Of a DNA stretch of 64,000 bases, positions 10,053 to 19,828 are shown piece after piece. Within the stretch, counting starts at the first letter, position 1. Each line of letters starts with the position of its first letter. The translations under genes were made by a program, and so were the position numbers. The stretch is taken from positions 776,017 to 840,016 of the forward strand of contig JADJGA010000003.1 in NCBI GenBank assembly GCA_016708265.1. Direction: 5' to 3'. The DNA comes from Saprospiraceae bacterium (GTDB lineage Bacteria > Bacteroidota > Bacteroidia > Chitinophagales > Saprospiraceae). The notes below the pieces were generated by a model. It was not told where the DNA came from and ran no database searches. It saw nothing but the letters and a program-made list of their open reading frames with translations.

Positions 10053-11663
10053 CTACCTTCCCTTCACAAACTTCCCACTCCGCATTCTCCCCCCATCATC
10101 AACCCTCGACACAATATAAACCCCGGGGCTGAAATCATGCAACTGCACTATATAGGTATGATCTTTCAGATTGCCCGACCATTTTCTGATTGCGTTGCCT
10201 TTGATATCAGCAATTGTATATTTTGATTCTCCGCCTTTGTCATCATAAATAAATAGGACATCTGAAGATGGATTGGGATAGATGAGAAGTTCATTTTGTG
10301 ATGTTTCTTCTGTGACACTCACTGTATCACCATTCTGACAGCCGGGTACGAGGCAGCCGTACTGATCGACCTTGAGGAGCCAGGTTGGAGCCCAACCTAT
10401 GGAATCATCTGGCATAGGTGCAAATCTGAGAGTGCCATACATATAATATCCTCCATCAGGAGAATATATGATATCATTGAGTTCATGATTTGGTGATTGT
10501 TCCGGATTGCTGACCAGGCTATATGACCTTAACCACTGTCTTTCTCCATCTTCATTTATTTTTTCCAGTATGCCTACTGTCATCAAGGCTATTCCGTTTT
10601 GCCACAATGAATCTATTTCTTTTTCTGTCAGGTTGTAGGCATAATTCACCTGGTATCCTGCTAGTAAATATCCATCTTGCTGCTGTGTCTCAATGATATT
10701 TGTTGATTTATAGTAATAGTCAATTTCAAAATCCAGACTCCAGGGTTTTTCCCAAATTTGTACAAAGTTTTTATTAAGTTTAAATACTCGTAGTCTTATT
10801 TTAGGATAAAAGTTATTTGGATCGGTTTTTTGATAGTGTTTACCATAATGAGAAGTGCATATATATTCCCCAAGCTTTGTCTTAAATAATTTAAATATAG
10901 GACCTCTCATACTATCAGTCCTGTGAACAATTTTAAAATTGCCTGCTAGATCAACCTCATAAATTATTCCTTCGATATTTCTCTTTATATATTGTCCAAT
11001 TATGAAGGGAGGATCTAAATATCCTGTACCCACTAAAAAACTGCTTCCTGTCCAATGCAAAAATGTCGGACTGTCAGATATATCTTTCTTGCCGAATATC
11101 ACATATTTTACACTATCTGTTTTGATGTTTATAATACATATCTGAGAATCTGCATATTGTGAATTCAGTGATTCCTGAATGGTCAATAAGACGGCATATA
11201 TGCTATCATTTATTTTGATCATGTCATGTAAAAATGCTGTGTCATCAGTTTGACTTATAAAAGGAATTTTTTTTAATATTTCTCCAGTCCCTATTCTATA
11301 AATCATCAGGTAACCGTTGGCATTTTTATTGCCATTACTATCAATACAAACCAATAAGGAGTCATTTTGAACAAAAGCATTATTAGTTTGATTATAAACA
11401 TTTAAGCGCTGAGGCTCTATATCAATATATCTTTTAAGGAAATTTCCATTTAAGTCAATTTTCGACATAAATACAGCATAGTAGTCAAAAGTATCATGAT
11501 CCACACCATTGCCTAAACATAGTAAGGTATCATGAAATAAAATAATCGGCCCTGACTGGTTTATATGTTTCATTATATCAATACCTTTATTGAATGTCGT
11601 TTGTGATACCAGGAAAATATTTATACTAAAAAATAAAATAAATAACAGAAATAAATTTTTCAT
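10053..11663 (-). CDS. Secreted beta-propeller-like protein with T9SS C-terminal sorting domain (family B)
   Basis: Signal peptide; C-terminus LIYPNPSSDVLFIY...GVYIVSRV...KFVKGR is a canonical T9SS CTD. Confidence 0.7.
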   Translation of the reverse strand: MKNLFLLFILFFSINIFLVSQTTFNKGIDIMKHINQSGPIILFHDTLLCLGNGVDHDTFDYYAVFMSKIDLNGNFLKRYIDIEPQRLNVYNQTNNAFVQNDSLLVCIDSNGNKNANGYLMIYRIGTGEILKKIPFISQTDDTAFLHDMIKINDSIYAVLLTIQESLNSQYADSQICIINIKTDSVKYVIFGKKDISDSPTFLHWTGSSFLVGTGYLDPPFIIGQYIKRNIEGIIYEVDLAGNFKIVHRTDSMRGPIFKLFKTKLGEYICTSHYGKHYQKTDPNNFYPKIRLRVFKLNKNFVQIWEKPWSLDFEIDYYYKSTNIIETQQQDGYLLAGYQVNYAYNLTEKEIDSLWQNGIALMTVGILEKINEDGERQWLRSYSLVSNPEQSPNHELNDIIYSPDGGYYMYGTLRFAPMPDDSIGWAPTWLLKVDQYGCLVPGCQNGDTVSVTEETSQNELLIYPNPSSDVLFIYDDKGGESKYTIADIKGNAIRKWSGNLKDHTYIVQLHDFSPGVYIVSRVDDGGRMRSGKFVKGR

Positions 11664-11787
11664 AGTTTTGATGGTAAAAAACAGGCTCTGCCTGATTAAT
11701 GACAGAGCCTGAAATTAAATAATTATTCCACTATAAGTTTTCCACTATATACTTTTCCTGATCTGTCAGTAGCATGATACATGAACC

Positions 11788-12060
11788 CTTGACCGTCACG
11801 GTTTGCAACCGTGAAGCAATACGCTCTTCTCAAATGAAATTTTCCCTTCACAATCATTGATTATCAAATACAAATGTAAACGATTTTTCCGGCAAATGTA
11901 ATTTTTATTCTGAGTTTTTATCTATCAAACTTGCAGCAAGAGGACAGAGCCTGTGCCGCATCTGCGGTAAGTCATTTGCAGCGGAGTCCTGCTCCGTGAT
12001 AAAGGTCTTACCGGCACCATTTAAAACCTTCCCACCCTTCTACCTTCCAACCCTTCTACC
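11788..12060. repeat. Intergenic repeat, copy 3 (~270 bp)
   Basis: Aligns with copies 1 and 2 (cttgaccgtcacggtttgcaaccgtgaagc...ccatttaaaacc ttcccacccttctacc). Confidence 0.9.
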
Positions 12061-12272
12061 ATCCTGCCTTCTCTGTTACCTTGCCACCTTTTACGCTCCA
12101 AATTCACACCTTTTCACAAACTTTCTTTTCATCACTATTCAGTATTTTTCAATCTTACCATCCTTTTTTGGCAAAAAGTCTGATAAAATTCCTATTTTTG
12201 CGGTTTTTTATAATCAGTGACCAGTTTTTACATTATTGGCCATGTGTAATTGAATAATTTAAACAGTAATTT

Positions 12273-15200
12273 ATGAATCATAAAAAAATCACCCTCTTTG
12301 AAGTCAGCTGGGAAGTTTGCAATAAGGTAGGAGGGATATATACGGTAGTTTCATCAAAGGAAAAGAGATTGTCAGAAAAATACGACAATGTCATCATGAT
12401 AGGACCTGAACTCGCTAAGGAAAACGGGCAGAACATTGAATTTACTGAAGACAGGACCCTTTATGAATCCTGGAGAATGATAGCCAATGAGCAGGGACTT
12501 AAATTCAGGATCGGGAGATGGAATATACCCGGCAAACCTGTAGCAATCCTTGTAGATTTCACCTCATTATTCAAAGATAAAAATAAGATTTTCGCACACT
12601 TCTGGGAAAAATACAAACTCGATTCTATCCGTGGAGACTGGGATTATGTAGAACCTGTTATGTTTGGCTATGCTGTCGGACAGGTCATAGAATCTTTTTA
12701 TAAATATCATCTGCTTCAATATGAAACAGTGCTTGCACAATTCCACGAATGGATGACCGGATCAGGAATATTATACCTTAAAGAAATGGTCCCTGAAATA
12801 GGAACAATATTCACAACTCATGCTACTGCCCTCGGGAGAACCATTGCCGGAAATCATATGCCTCTGTACAATAAAATGGAGGAATACAATCCAAGGGTCA
12901 CTGCTTCGAACAACAATATTTCATCAAAGTATTCAATAGAGAAAATCTCAGCACAGGAAGCTGATGCTTTTACAACTGTTTCAAGTATTACAGCCAGGGA
13001 ATGCAGGAATTTTCTTGAAAAAGAGCCTGACTTCGTCACACCAAATGGTTTTGAAGATACAATAGTTCCGATACAGAACGAATATAATATTAAAAAACAA
13101 ATAGCTGTAAATAAACTCAGAGAAGTTACAGAAGCAGTGATAGGTCATAAACTTGGAAAAAATCCTGTATTTATTCTTAACAGTGGCAGATATGAATTCA
13201 AGAACAAAGGTATTGATGTTTTTATTAAAGCTCTTGCACGTCTAAATGGAAAATCGAAGAAGGAAATAGTTGGTGTTATAGCAGTACCGGCAGGAATTAA
13301 ACATCCGAATCCGGTAGTGGTTCAGAGATTGAATGGTGATCTGAGCAATACATATCCCCATATCAGCACACATGAGCTTTCAGATCCGAATAATGATCCT
13401 GTGATCAGGCTTATGAGAGAGCTGAATATGCACAACAGCCCTGAACAAAATGTGAAAATCATCTTTGTGCCTGTCTATCTCAACGGTTTTGACGGAATCG
13501 TGAATCTTGAATATTACGATTTTCTGTTAGGATTTGATCTTTCGGCATTTCCTTCATATTATGAACCCTGGGGCTATACGCCGATGGAAAGCATGGCTTA
13601 TTCAGTACCAACTATAACAACATCACTTGCAGGATTTGGTGCATGGATTAAAGATAAACTGGACGATAAAAACAACGGAGCATATGTAATAGAACGTAAC
13701 GACACAAACGATGAAGAAGTAATAATTCAATTGTCGAAAATAATTTCAAAATTCTGCTCCCTGTCCGAAGGAGAAAAAATGCTGGCTTCAATGCAGGCAA
13801 AAGAATTATCAAACTTTGCTTTGTGGAAAAATCTGATAATTCACTATATTGATGCATACAATAAAGCGATAGAGAGTGCAGATAAGAGAAAAGAATTCAT
13901 AGAGGAAATGATAGCATATGAAAGAAAGGAAGTTCAGACCGAAGCCCTTGATTCCAATCAGCCTGTCTGGAAAAAGATCTTCATCAAACCGAGCCTGCCG
14001 GCAAGCATTAAATTCATAGAAGAACTCGCTAAAAACATATGGTGGACATGGAATAAAGAAGCTGAATCACTGTTCAAATATATGGATACTGAACTTTGGG
14101 AAGAAGTAGAACACAATCCGGTTGCCTTGATAGAAAAGCTGAGTATGAGACAACTAAACAGACTCGAAAATGATACAGTTTTTCATGATAAGCTGGTAAA
14201 AGTGGAAAGTAAATTCAGAAATTATATGGCTGTGGAAAAAAGACCTCAGCAGATAGTTTATTTCAGCATGGAGTTCGGACTTCATGATACAGTCAAAATA
14301 TTCTCCGGAGGTCTCGGAATTCTGGCAGGAGATTATATGAAAGAAGCAAGCGACAGCAACTATAATATGACAGGAATAGGCCTGCTTTACAGATTCGGCT
14401 ATTTTAAACAAAAAATAACATTGCTCGGAGATCAGATCTCTCACCTGACTCCTCAAAGATTCACACACCTTCCTGTCAAACCTGTCAGAAATGAAAACGG
14501 AGAATGGATGAGAATTGCCATTTCCCTGCCCGGCAGGATTTTGATGGCTCAGGTATGGAAGATGAAAGTAGGCAGAAACCTCCTGTATTTACTGGATACC
14601 GATATTGAAGATAACACTCTGGAAGACAGGAAAATCACCTCTCAACTTTATGGTGGAGGACTTGAAACCAGATTGCTTCAGGAAATAGTATTGGGAATAG
14701 GAGGAGTAAAATTGCTGGAGCAATTAAATATTGAACCAGATCTTGTACATATAAATGAAGGTCATGCAGCATTGACAGGAATTGAAAGACTAAGGATTTA
14801 TATTCAGAACAAAAATATGAGTTTTGATATAGCTAAGGAACTGGTGAGGGCTTCAAGTTTATTTACAACACATACACCTGTCCCAGCCGGTCATGATGAA
14901 TTTTCTGAAGATCTTATCAGGGCTTATCTGCCAAATTATAACGAAAAACTGAATATCTCCTGGAATGATTTTATGGGTCTGGCCAGGTGGAATCCTGAAG
15001 ATAAAACATCCAAATTCTCGATGAGCGTATTAGCAACCAAGCTTTCAATGGGAATGAACGGTGTGAGTAAGATACACGGAGAAGTTTCCCAAAAAATGTT
15101 CGCAGCTCTTTATCCTGGCTATTTCCCAAATGAAATGCACATTGATTTCGTGACTAACGGAGTTCATTTGCCTTTTTGGGTAGGAACTACATGGAATGAG

Positions 15201-16490
15201 TTATATAAAAAAAATCTTAACGAAGATTATCTGAATAATTCTCTTGATAAAAACATGTGGAATAAAATATATGATGTCAGCCATGAAACAATCTGGGAAA
15301 CAAGAAATTATTACAGACATAAACTTATAGAGTATCTTAAAATCAGACTTCATAAAGAATTACTTGACAGGAATGAATCTCCCAGGCTTGTTTATAAGAC
15401 CATCGAAGGATTACGGGATGATATACTTACAATAGGATTTGCAAGACGATTTGCTACTTATAAAAGAGGTGCCATTCTGTTCAACAATATTGAGAGACTT
15501 AAAACCATATTGAGCATTCCCAATATGCCGGTTCAGATTATTTTTGCAGGCAAAGCACATCCAAATGATAAAGCAGGCCAGGACCTTATTAAAAGTATAA
15601 TAGAGTTTTCTAAATCACCTGATTTTGCAGGTAAGATATTTTTCGTTGAAAACTACGATATTACCCTTGCAAAATACCTTGTTCAGGGAGTTGATGTTTG
15701 GTTGAATACTCCTACAAGACCTCTTGAAGCATCGGGTACAAGTGGAGAAAAAGCAGTAATGAACGGAGTTCTGAATTTAAGTGTACTTGATGGCTGGTGG
15801 GCAGAAGGATATGTCGAAGGAGCAGGTTGGGCTCTGAAAAAAGAAAGAACTTATGAAAACCAGGATTTTCAGAATGTTCTCGACGCCCTGACTATTTATG
15901 ATATAATTGAGGATGAAATTTTACCTGAATTCTATGAGCGAAACGAAAAAAATATACCTGTAAACTGGGTAAATATGATCAAGAAAAACATTGCAGAGAT
16001 CGTACCCAACTTTACAATGAAAAGAATGATTGAAGATTATAATGAAAAGTACTATACAAAGCAAATTAAAAGATATGACTCATTGAAGAAGGACGATTAC
16101 AAGCTTACTAATGAAATAGTAGAATGGAAGAACAAAGTCTTAAGCCAATGGGAGAAAATTACTGTCATAAAGTCTGAGTATCCGGACTCAACACTAAGAC
16201 CTATTATTTTAGGTGAAAAAGTGACCTCAAGACTGACTCTGGATATTGGCAGCCTTAATCCCGATGACATAGGAGTTGAAGTACTTTACGGAACTAAAAA
16301 AGAGGATGGAAATGTTGAATTGCTATTTGTGTTTCCATTAAAATTCCATAAAGCCAATGGCAGCATCGTTTCATATCAGAGAGAAGTACAGGCAGGATTG
16401 ACTGGAGTCTATGATTTTGCATTCAGAATATTTCCTAAAAATGATCTGCTGCCTCACAGAATGGATTTTCCTGTTGTGAAATGGGTATAA
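12273..16490 (+). CDS. Fusion protein: GT3 glycogen(starch) synthase (N-terminal ~550 aa) + DUF3417/GT35 alpha-glucan phosphorylase (C-terminal ~850 aa)
   Basis: N-terminus FEVSWEVCNKVGGIYTVV (eukaryote-type GT3 glycogen synthase); middle IWWTWNKEAESLF (DUF3417); EFGLHDTVKIFSGGLGILAGDYMKEASD and the lysine-containing phosphorylase core (GT35 'alpha-glucan family phosphorylase'); single uninterrupted 1405-codon frame. Confidence 0.85.
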   Translation: MNHKKITLFEVSWEVCNKVGGIYTVVSSKEKRLSEKYDNVIMIGPELAKENGQNIEFTEDRTLYESWRMIANEQGLKFRIGRWNIPGKPVAILVDFTSLFKDKNKIFAHFWEKYKLDSIRGDWDYVEPVMFGYAVGQVIESFYKYHLLQYETVLAQFHEWMTGSGILYLKEMVPEIGTIFTTHATALGRTIAGNHMPLYNKMEEYNPRVTASNNNISSKYSIEKISAQEADAFTTVSSITARECRNFLEKEPDFVTPNGFEDTIVPIQNEYNIKKQIAVNKLREVTEAVIGHKLGKNPVFILNSGRYEFKNKGIDVFIKALARLNGKSKKEIVGVIAVPAGIKHPNPVVVQRLNGDLSNTYPHISTHELSDPNNDPVIRLMRELNMHNSPEQNVKIIFVPVYLNGFDGIVNLEYYDFLLGFDLSAFPSYYEPWGYTPMESMAYSVPTITTSLAGFGAWIKDKLDDKNNGAYVIERNDTNDEEVIIQLSKIISKFCSLSEGEKMLASMQAKELSNFALWKNLIIHYIDAYNKAIESADKRKEFIEEMIAYERKEVQTEALDSNQPVWKKIFIKPSLPASIKFIEELAKNIWWTWNKEAESLFKYMDTELWEEVEHNPVALIEKLSMRQLNRLENDTVFHDKLVKVESKFRNYMAVEKRPQQIVYFSMEFGLHDTVKIFSGGLGILAGDYMKEASDSNYNMTGIGLLYRFGYFKQKITLLGDQISHLTPQRFTHLPVKPVRNENGEWMRIAISLPGRILMAQVWKMKVGRNLLYLLDTDIEDNTLEDRKITSQLYGGGLETRLLQEIVLGIGGVKLLEQLNIEPDLVHINEGHAALTGIERLRIYIQNKNMSFDIAKELVRASSLFTTHTPVPAGHDEFSEDLIRAYLPNYNEKLNISWNDFMGLARWNPEDKTSKFSMSVLATKLSMGMNGVSKIHGEVSQKMFAALYPGYFPNEMHIDFVTNGVHLPFWVGTTWNELYKKNLNEDYLNNSLDKNMWNKIYDVSHETIWETRNYYRHKLIEYLKIRLHKELLDRNESPRLVYKTIEGLRDDILTIGFARRFATYKRGAILFNNIERLKTILSIPNMPVQIIFAGKAHPNDKAGQDLIKSIIEFSKSPDFAGKIFFVENYDITLAKYLVQGVDVWLNTPTRPLEASGTSGEKAVMNGVLNLSVLDGWWAEGYVEGAGWALKKERTYENQDFQNVLDALTIYDIIEDEILPEFYERNEKNIPVNWVNMIKKNIAEIVPNFTMKRMIEDYNEKYYTKQIKRYDSLKKDDYKLTNEIVEWKNKVLSQWEKITVIKSEYPDSTLRPIILGEKVTSRLTLDIGSLNPDDIGVEVLYGTKKEDGNVELLFVFPLKFHKANGSIVSYQREVQAGLTGVYDFAFRIFPKNDLLPHRMDFPVVKWV

Positions 16491-16529
16491 GTTCACCTAC
16501 AGGTAAAAAGAAATTGCTGCTGAAATAAT

Positions 16530-17315
16530 TTACTTTTGTAATTCAGCAAATATTTTATAACTAACCTGAAGGATACTTATCAGAATTATAAGCAGCAAAA
16601 ACACCCTGATGACCCTATGAGGGGTTATCTTGTTGACTTTAGCTCCGAACCTGGCAGCAACAACAGACCCTATAATAATTGGCAATGCCATCTTAAAATC
16701 TACCTGAAGTGAGATGATCTTGCCAATTGCACCGAAAAATGATCCGAGGAATACAATAGCAAGACTGGTGCCAATGGCAGTTTTAAAGGACAGTTTAAAA
16801 ATTTTCAGAAATGCAGGTATCATCACAATCCCTCCCCCTGCACCAATGATCCCGGATATAATACCTGTAATTCCTCCCAGCATAATACTGAAACCCTTAT
16901 GAAATTTCATTTCCCTGGAAAAAGCTTCATCATTTATCTGTTTCTTTTCTCTAACTAAAAGGATAAACGAAAGGATTATAAAAAAATCAAACAGAACCAT
17001 CACACTGAAATGTGAAAGAAATTTTGAAATATATGATCCGATCAGCGCTGCAATAGCGAGTGGAATTCCAACATAGAGAAAGACATGATTATTGATAAAT
17101 TTATTTTTCCGGTGAACAATTGTTCCCGAAACAGAACCAAAAAAAACCTGCATCATGGATAATCCGGCAACAGCTCTCATAGGTATTTCTTCAAAACCAA
17201 AAACCGGTGGCAACAATAATAACAATGGTGAAATAACAACTGCACCACCCAATCCAACGAATCCGGACAGGAAACCTCCCAAAACACTTATCAAAAATAA
17301 AAGCAAATATAACAA
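16530..17315 (-). CDS. TauE/SafE (DUF81) family sulfite/anion exporter-like membrane protein
   Basis: Two glycine-rich VLGGFLSGFVGLGG / IISGIIGAGGGIVMIP repeats typical of TauE/SafE. The ORF track extends to 17459, but that extension covers two DNA palindromes and lacks a hydrophobic start, so a TTG start near 17315 is proposed. Confidence 0.65.
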   Translation of the reverse strand: MLYLLLFLISVLGGFLSGFVGLGGAVVISPLLLLLPPVFGFEEIPMRAVAGLSMMQVFFGSVSGTIVHRKNKFINNHVFLYVGIPLAIAALIGSYISKFLSHFSVMVLFDFFIILSFILLVREKKQINDEAFSREMKFHKGFSIMLGGITGIISGIIGAGGGIVMIPAFLKIFKLSFKTAIGTSLAIVFLGSFFGAIGKIISLQVDFKMALPIIIGSVVAARFGAKVNKITPHRVIRVFLLLIILISILQVSYKIFAELQK

Positions 17316-17671
17316 AACTTTATTTTTCCAAAAACAATTAAAAGTGTAAAGGTAAATAAAAATAAGTAACTTCTCAGGTAATAGCTCCGGAGGAGCTAAA
17401 TATTGGTAACATCGGATGAAATCCGATGTGAAAATGTCAACAGAAGCTTGTTTTGGCATCCTTTTTGCGCTTTGATGCGAAAATCATAACAAAACAGCAC
17501 ACCATTTTTATAAGAACCTGAGTAGTTACAAAAATAATAATTACAACTTCTCAAAATCTATTCTAAATTAGATTTCTACTATCCTTCAAATAAATAAAAT
17601 TTTTGGTATCATTTAAACCAACCTGGTTTTTGATTGTCTATATAGTATTACTAACTTTAAAAAATTTGATT

Positions 17672-18103
17672 ATGAAACTGAAATCAATTAACAGGTTTTT
17701 TTATTTTGGAGCTTTTTTAGCTTTATTTTTTCTATCAGCACAAGATACTAATGCTCAGAGAATGAGGGGCCAAATCAAAGGTGACTGGGATGAATTAGGC
17801 TCAAGGATCATCACTAAGGGTGCAGACCATGATGTTATAGAAATGACCAGAAGAGACGGATTGTTTACTAAACTTAAATTCAGAATTGTGAAATCAAGAG
17901 TGCATGTTGATAACATAAAAGTTGTTTTTCAGAACGGAGATGTAGAAAATATTAGGATTGACAGGAATTTTTCAGTTGGAGAATGGAGTTCTGTAATAGA
18001 TCTTGTTGGCAATAAAAGATTCATTGACAAGATAGTTTTCAATTATCATACCAAATTTTTTGCTGATGGCAAAGGAAAGATAATTGTATTCGGCAAATCC
18101 TGA
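17672..18103 (+). CDS. Hypothetical secreted protein (signal peptide; no recognised domain)
   Basis: Internal ATG gives MKLKSINRFFYFGAFLALFFLSAQ signal peptide; 143 aa. Confidence 0.45.
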   Translation: MKLKSINRFFYFGAFLALFFLSAQDTNAQRMRGQIKGDWDELGSRIITKGADHDVIEMTRRDGLFTKLKFRIVKSRVHVDNIKVVFQNGDVENIRIDRNFSVGEWSSVIDLVGNKRFIDKIVFNYHTKFFADGKGKIIVFGKS

Positions 18104-18128
18104 AAAATCATTAATCCGGAAAATAAAA

Positions 18129-19628
18129 TCAGAGCCTGGCAATAACTTTGCTGGGCTTTTCTTTTGAAATCAATAATAAGCCAAGGTATGTCAGTGTTCC
18201 ATTGACAGCAAGAATAAAAAATCCAAATGTAAATCCATTGAACCATTCTTTTGAATTGCTGTCAAGGATATAAGACAGTATTGGTGCCAAAATTGCTATT
18301 GGTATTATCCACTTATCCCTGATAGTCCTGGTTGTGATCAGTCCAAATGTAAATAATCCCAGTATTGGTCCATATGTATATCCTGCCGCTTTGAACAAGC
18401 CGTTTATAACTGCATCGTTATTGAGGGAATGAAAAATAATTATTGCCAGGAATAAAACAACAGAAAAAGAAAAATGAACGATCATCCTGATTCGTTTAAG
18501 AACATGTTCGGGTTTATCACTTCGGTTCAATCCTAAAAAATCAACACTGAAAGACGTTGTAAGTCCTGTCAATGCTGAATCAGCACTGGAATATGCCGCA
18601 GCAGTTATTCCCACAAGAAAAATGATTCCAACAGTCTCCGGAAGATAATTCAAAGCAATGGTAGGATATAACAGATCTGAGTTAGCAGGAATTCCAATCC
18701 CTTTGGATTCCGCAAAAATATAGAGTATTGCACCTAATGACAAAAATAATATATTTACAATAACAAGCATACTGCTCATAGTATACATATTTTTTTTTGC
18801 TTCATGAATGTTTTTACAGCTCAGATTTTTCTGCATTATATCCTGATCCATCCCTGTCATAACTATTGCTATGAGAGCCCCACTTAAAAACTGTTTAAAA
18901 AAATTATTGGGATTGCTCCATCCATCTTCAAAATAAAACCACTGGCTGTATTTACTGTTTCCGATTGTCTCAATTAAACCACCAAATCCGAGATTCATTT
19001 CTCTCCCGATAAAAATAATTGTCAGTATGACTGCAGCCAGAAAAGCTGCTGTTTGAACCGAGTCGGTAATTATCACAGTCCGGGTACCTCCCCTGAAAGT
19101 GTAAAGCCAGATTAGCAAAATAGAAATGGCCACTGTCACCGGGAACGGGATGCCAAATGGTCCTGTAAGAAACTGGTCCAGTATCAGTGATACCAGAAAA
19201 AACCTGAATGAAGCTCCTACAATTTTTGAGACAAGGAAGTAAAAAGCAGATGTTTTGTAGGAAAAATATCCGAATCTCTGATTCATGTATTCGTAAATGG
19301 ATGTAAGGTTCATCCTGTAGTATACGGGCATCAGGACATTGGCAATCACAAAATAACCAAGCAGGTAACCCAATACAAGCTGCATGTATGAAAAATTCTC
19401 ATTGACTCCCGGTTTTCCTACAACTCCCGGAATCGATATGAATGTCACTCCTGATATAGAAGCACCGATCATTGCAAAAGCCACAAGGTACCATTTTGAT
19501 TTTCTGCCAGCCAGGAAGAAACTGTTATTGTCACTTTTCCTTCCGGTAAACCATGCTATCAACAATAACACGGTGAAGTAAACAGCAATAACCAAAATGA
19601 TGGTCTGGGGGGAAATATTATTCATCAT
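18129..19628 (-). CDS. Sodium:solute symporter family (SSF) transporter
   Basis: ~13 TM helices; SSF signature region FFLAGRK...IGASISGVTFISIPG. Confidence 0.85.
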   Translation of the reverse strand: MMNNISPQTIILVIAVYFTVLLLIAWFTGRKSDNNSFFLAGRKSKWYLVAFAMIGASISGVTFISIPGVVGKPGVNENFSYMQLVLGYLLGYFVIANVLMPVYYRMNLTSIYEYMNQRFGYFSYKTSAFYFLVSKIVGASFRFFLVSLILDQFLTGPFGIPFPVTVAISILLIWLYTFRGGTRTVIITDSVQTAAFLAAVILTIIFIGREMNLGFGGLIETIGNSKYSQWFYFEDGWSNPNNFFKQFLSGALIAIVMTGMDQDIMQKNLSCKNIHEAKKNMYTMSSMLVIVNILFLSLGAILYIFAESKGIGIPANSDLLYPTIALNYLPETVGIIFLVGITAAAYSSADSALTGLTTSFSVDFLGLNRSDKPEHVLKRIRMIVHFSFSVVLFLAIIIFHSLNNDAVINGLFKAAGYTYGPILGLFTFGLITTRTIRDKWIIPIAILAPILSYILDSNSKEWFNGFTFGFFILAVNGTLTYLGLLLISKEKPSKVIARL

Positions 19629-19828
19629 AAATACTTTGTTTAAAGCAACGAAGGTAACATTGAAATATTAATGGCTAAACTAAAAATAAAAATTCTTGTT
19701 AAAATTTTATTAAAATTTTTATATTTGTAACAAAATACAATATTAATGCAACTATAGTAGTAATATAGTGTGATATTTAATTTCTTATGTTCTTTGCTTT
19801 TAATATATTTACGATAAAACCTTAAACG

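Noticed and set aside
7428-12060. Integron-like attC sites / gene cassettes
   Set aside because: Elements are 270-330 bp (attC is usually 57-141 bp). They lack a recognisable R''-L''/L'-R' core architecture and there is no IntI gene. Kept only as a loose analogy in the findings.
11996-12220. ORF 74 aa (plus strand) in the spacer upstream of the GT3-GT35 gene
   Set aside because: Starts inside the repeat element, is Pro/Leu-rich low complexity, and has no conservation support.
16530-17459. Full-length ORF-track model of the TauE/SafE gene (309 aa)
   Set aside because: The first ~48 codons are non-hydrophobic, span two DNA palindromes and are atypical for DUF81 proteins; a shorter model with a TTG start is preferred, though the exact start is uncertain.
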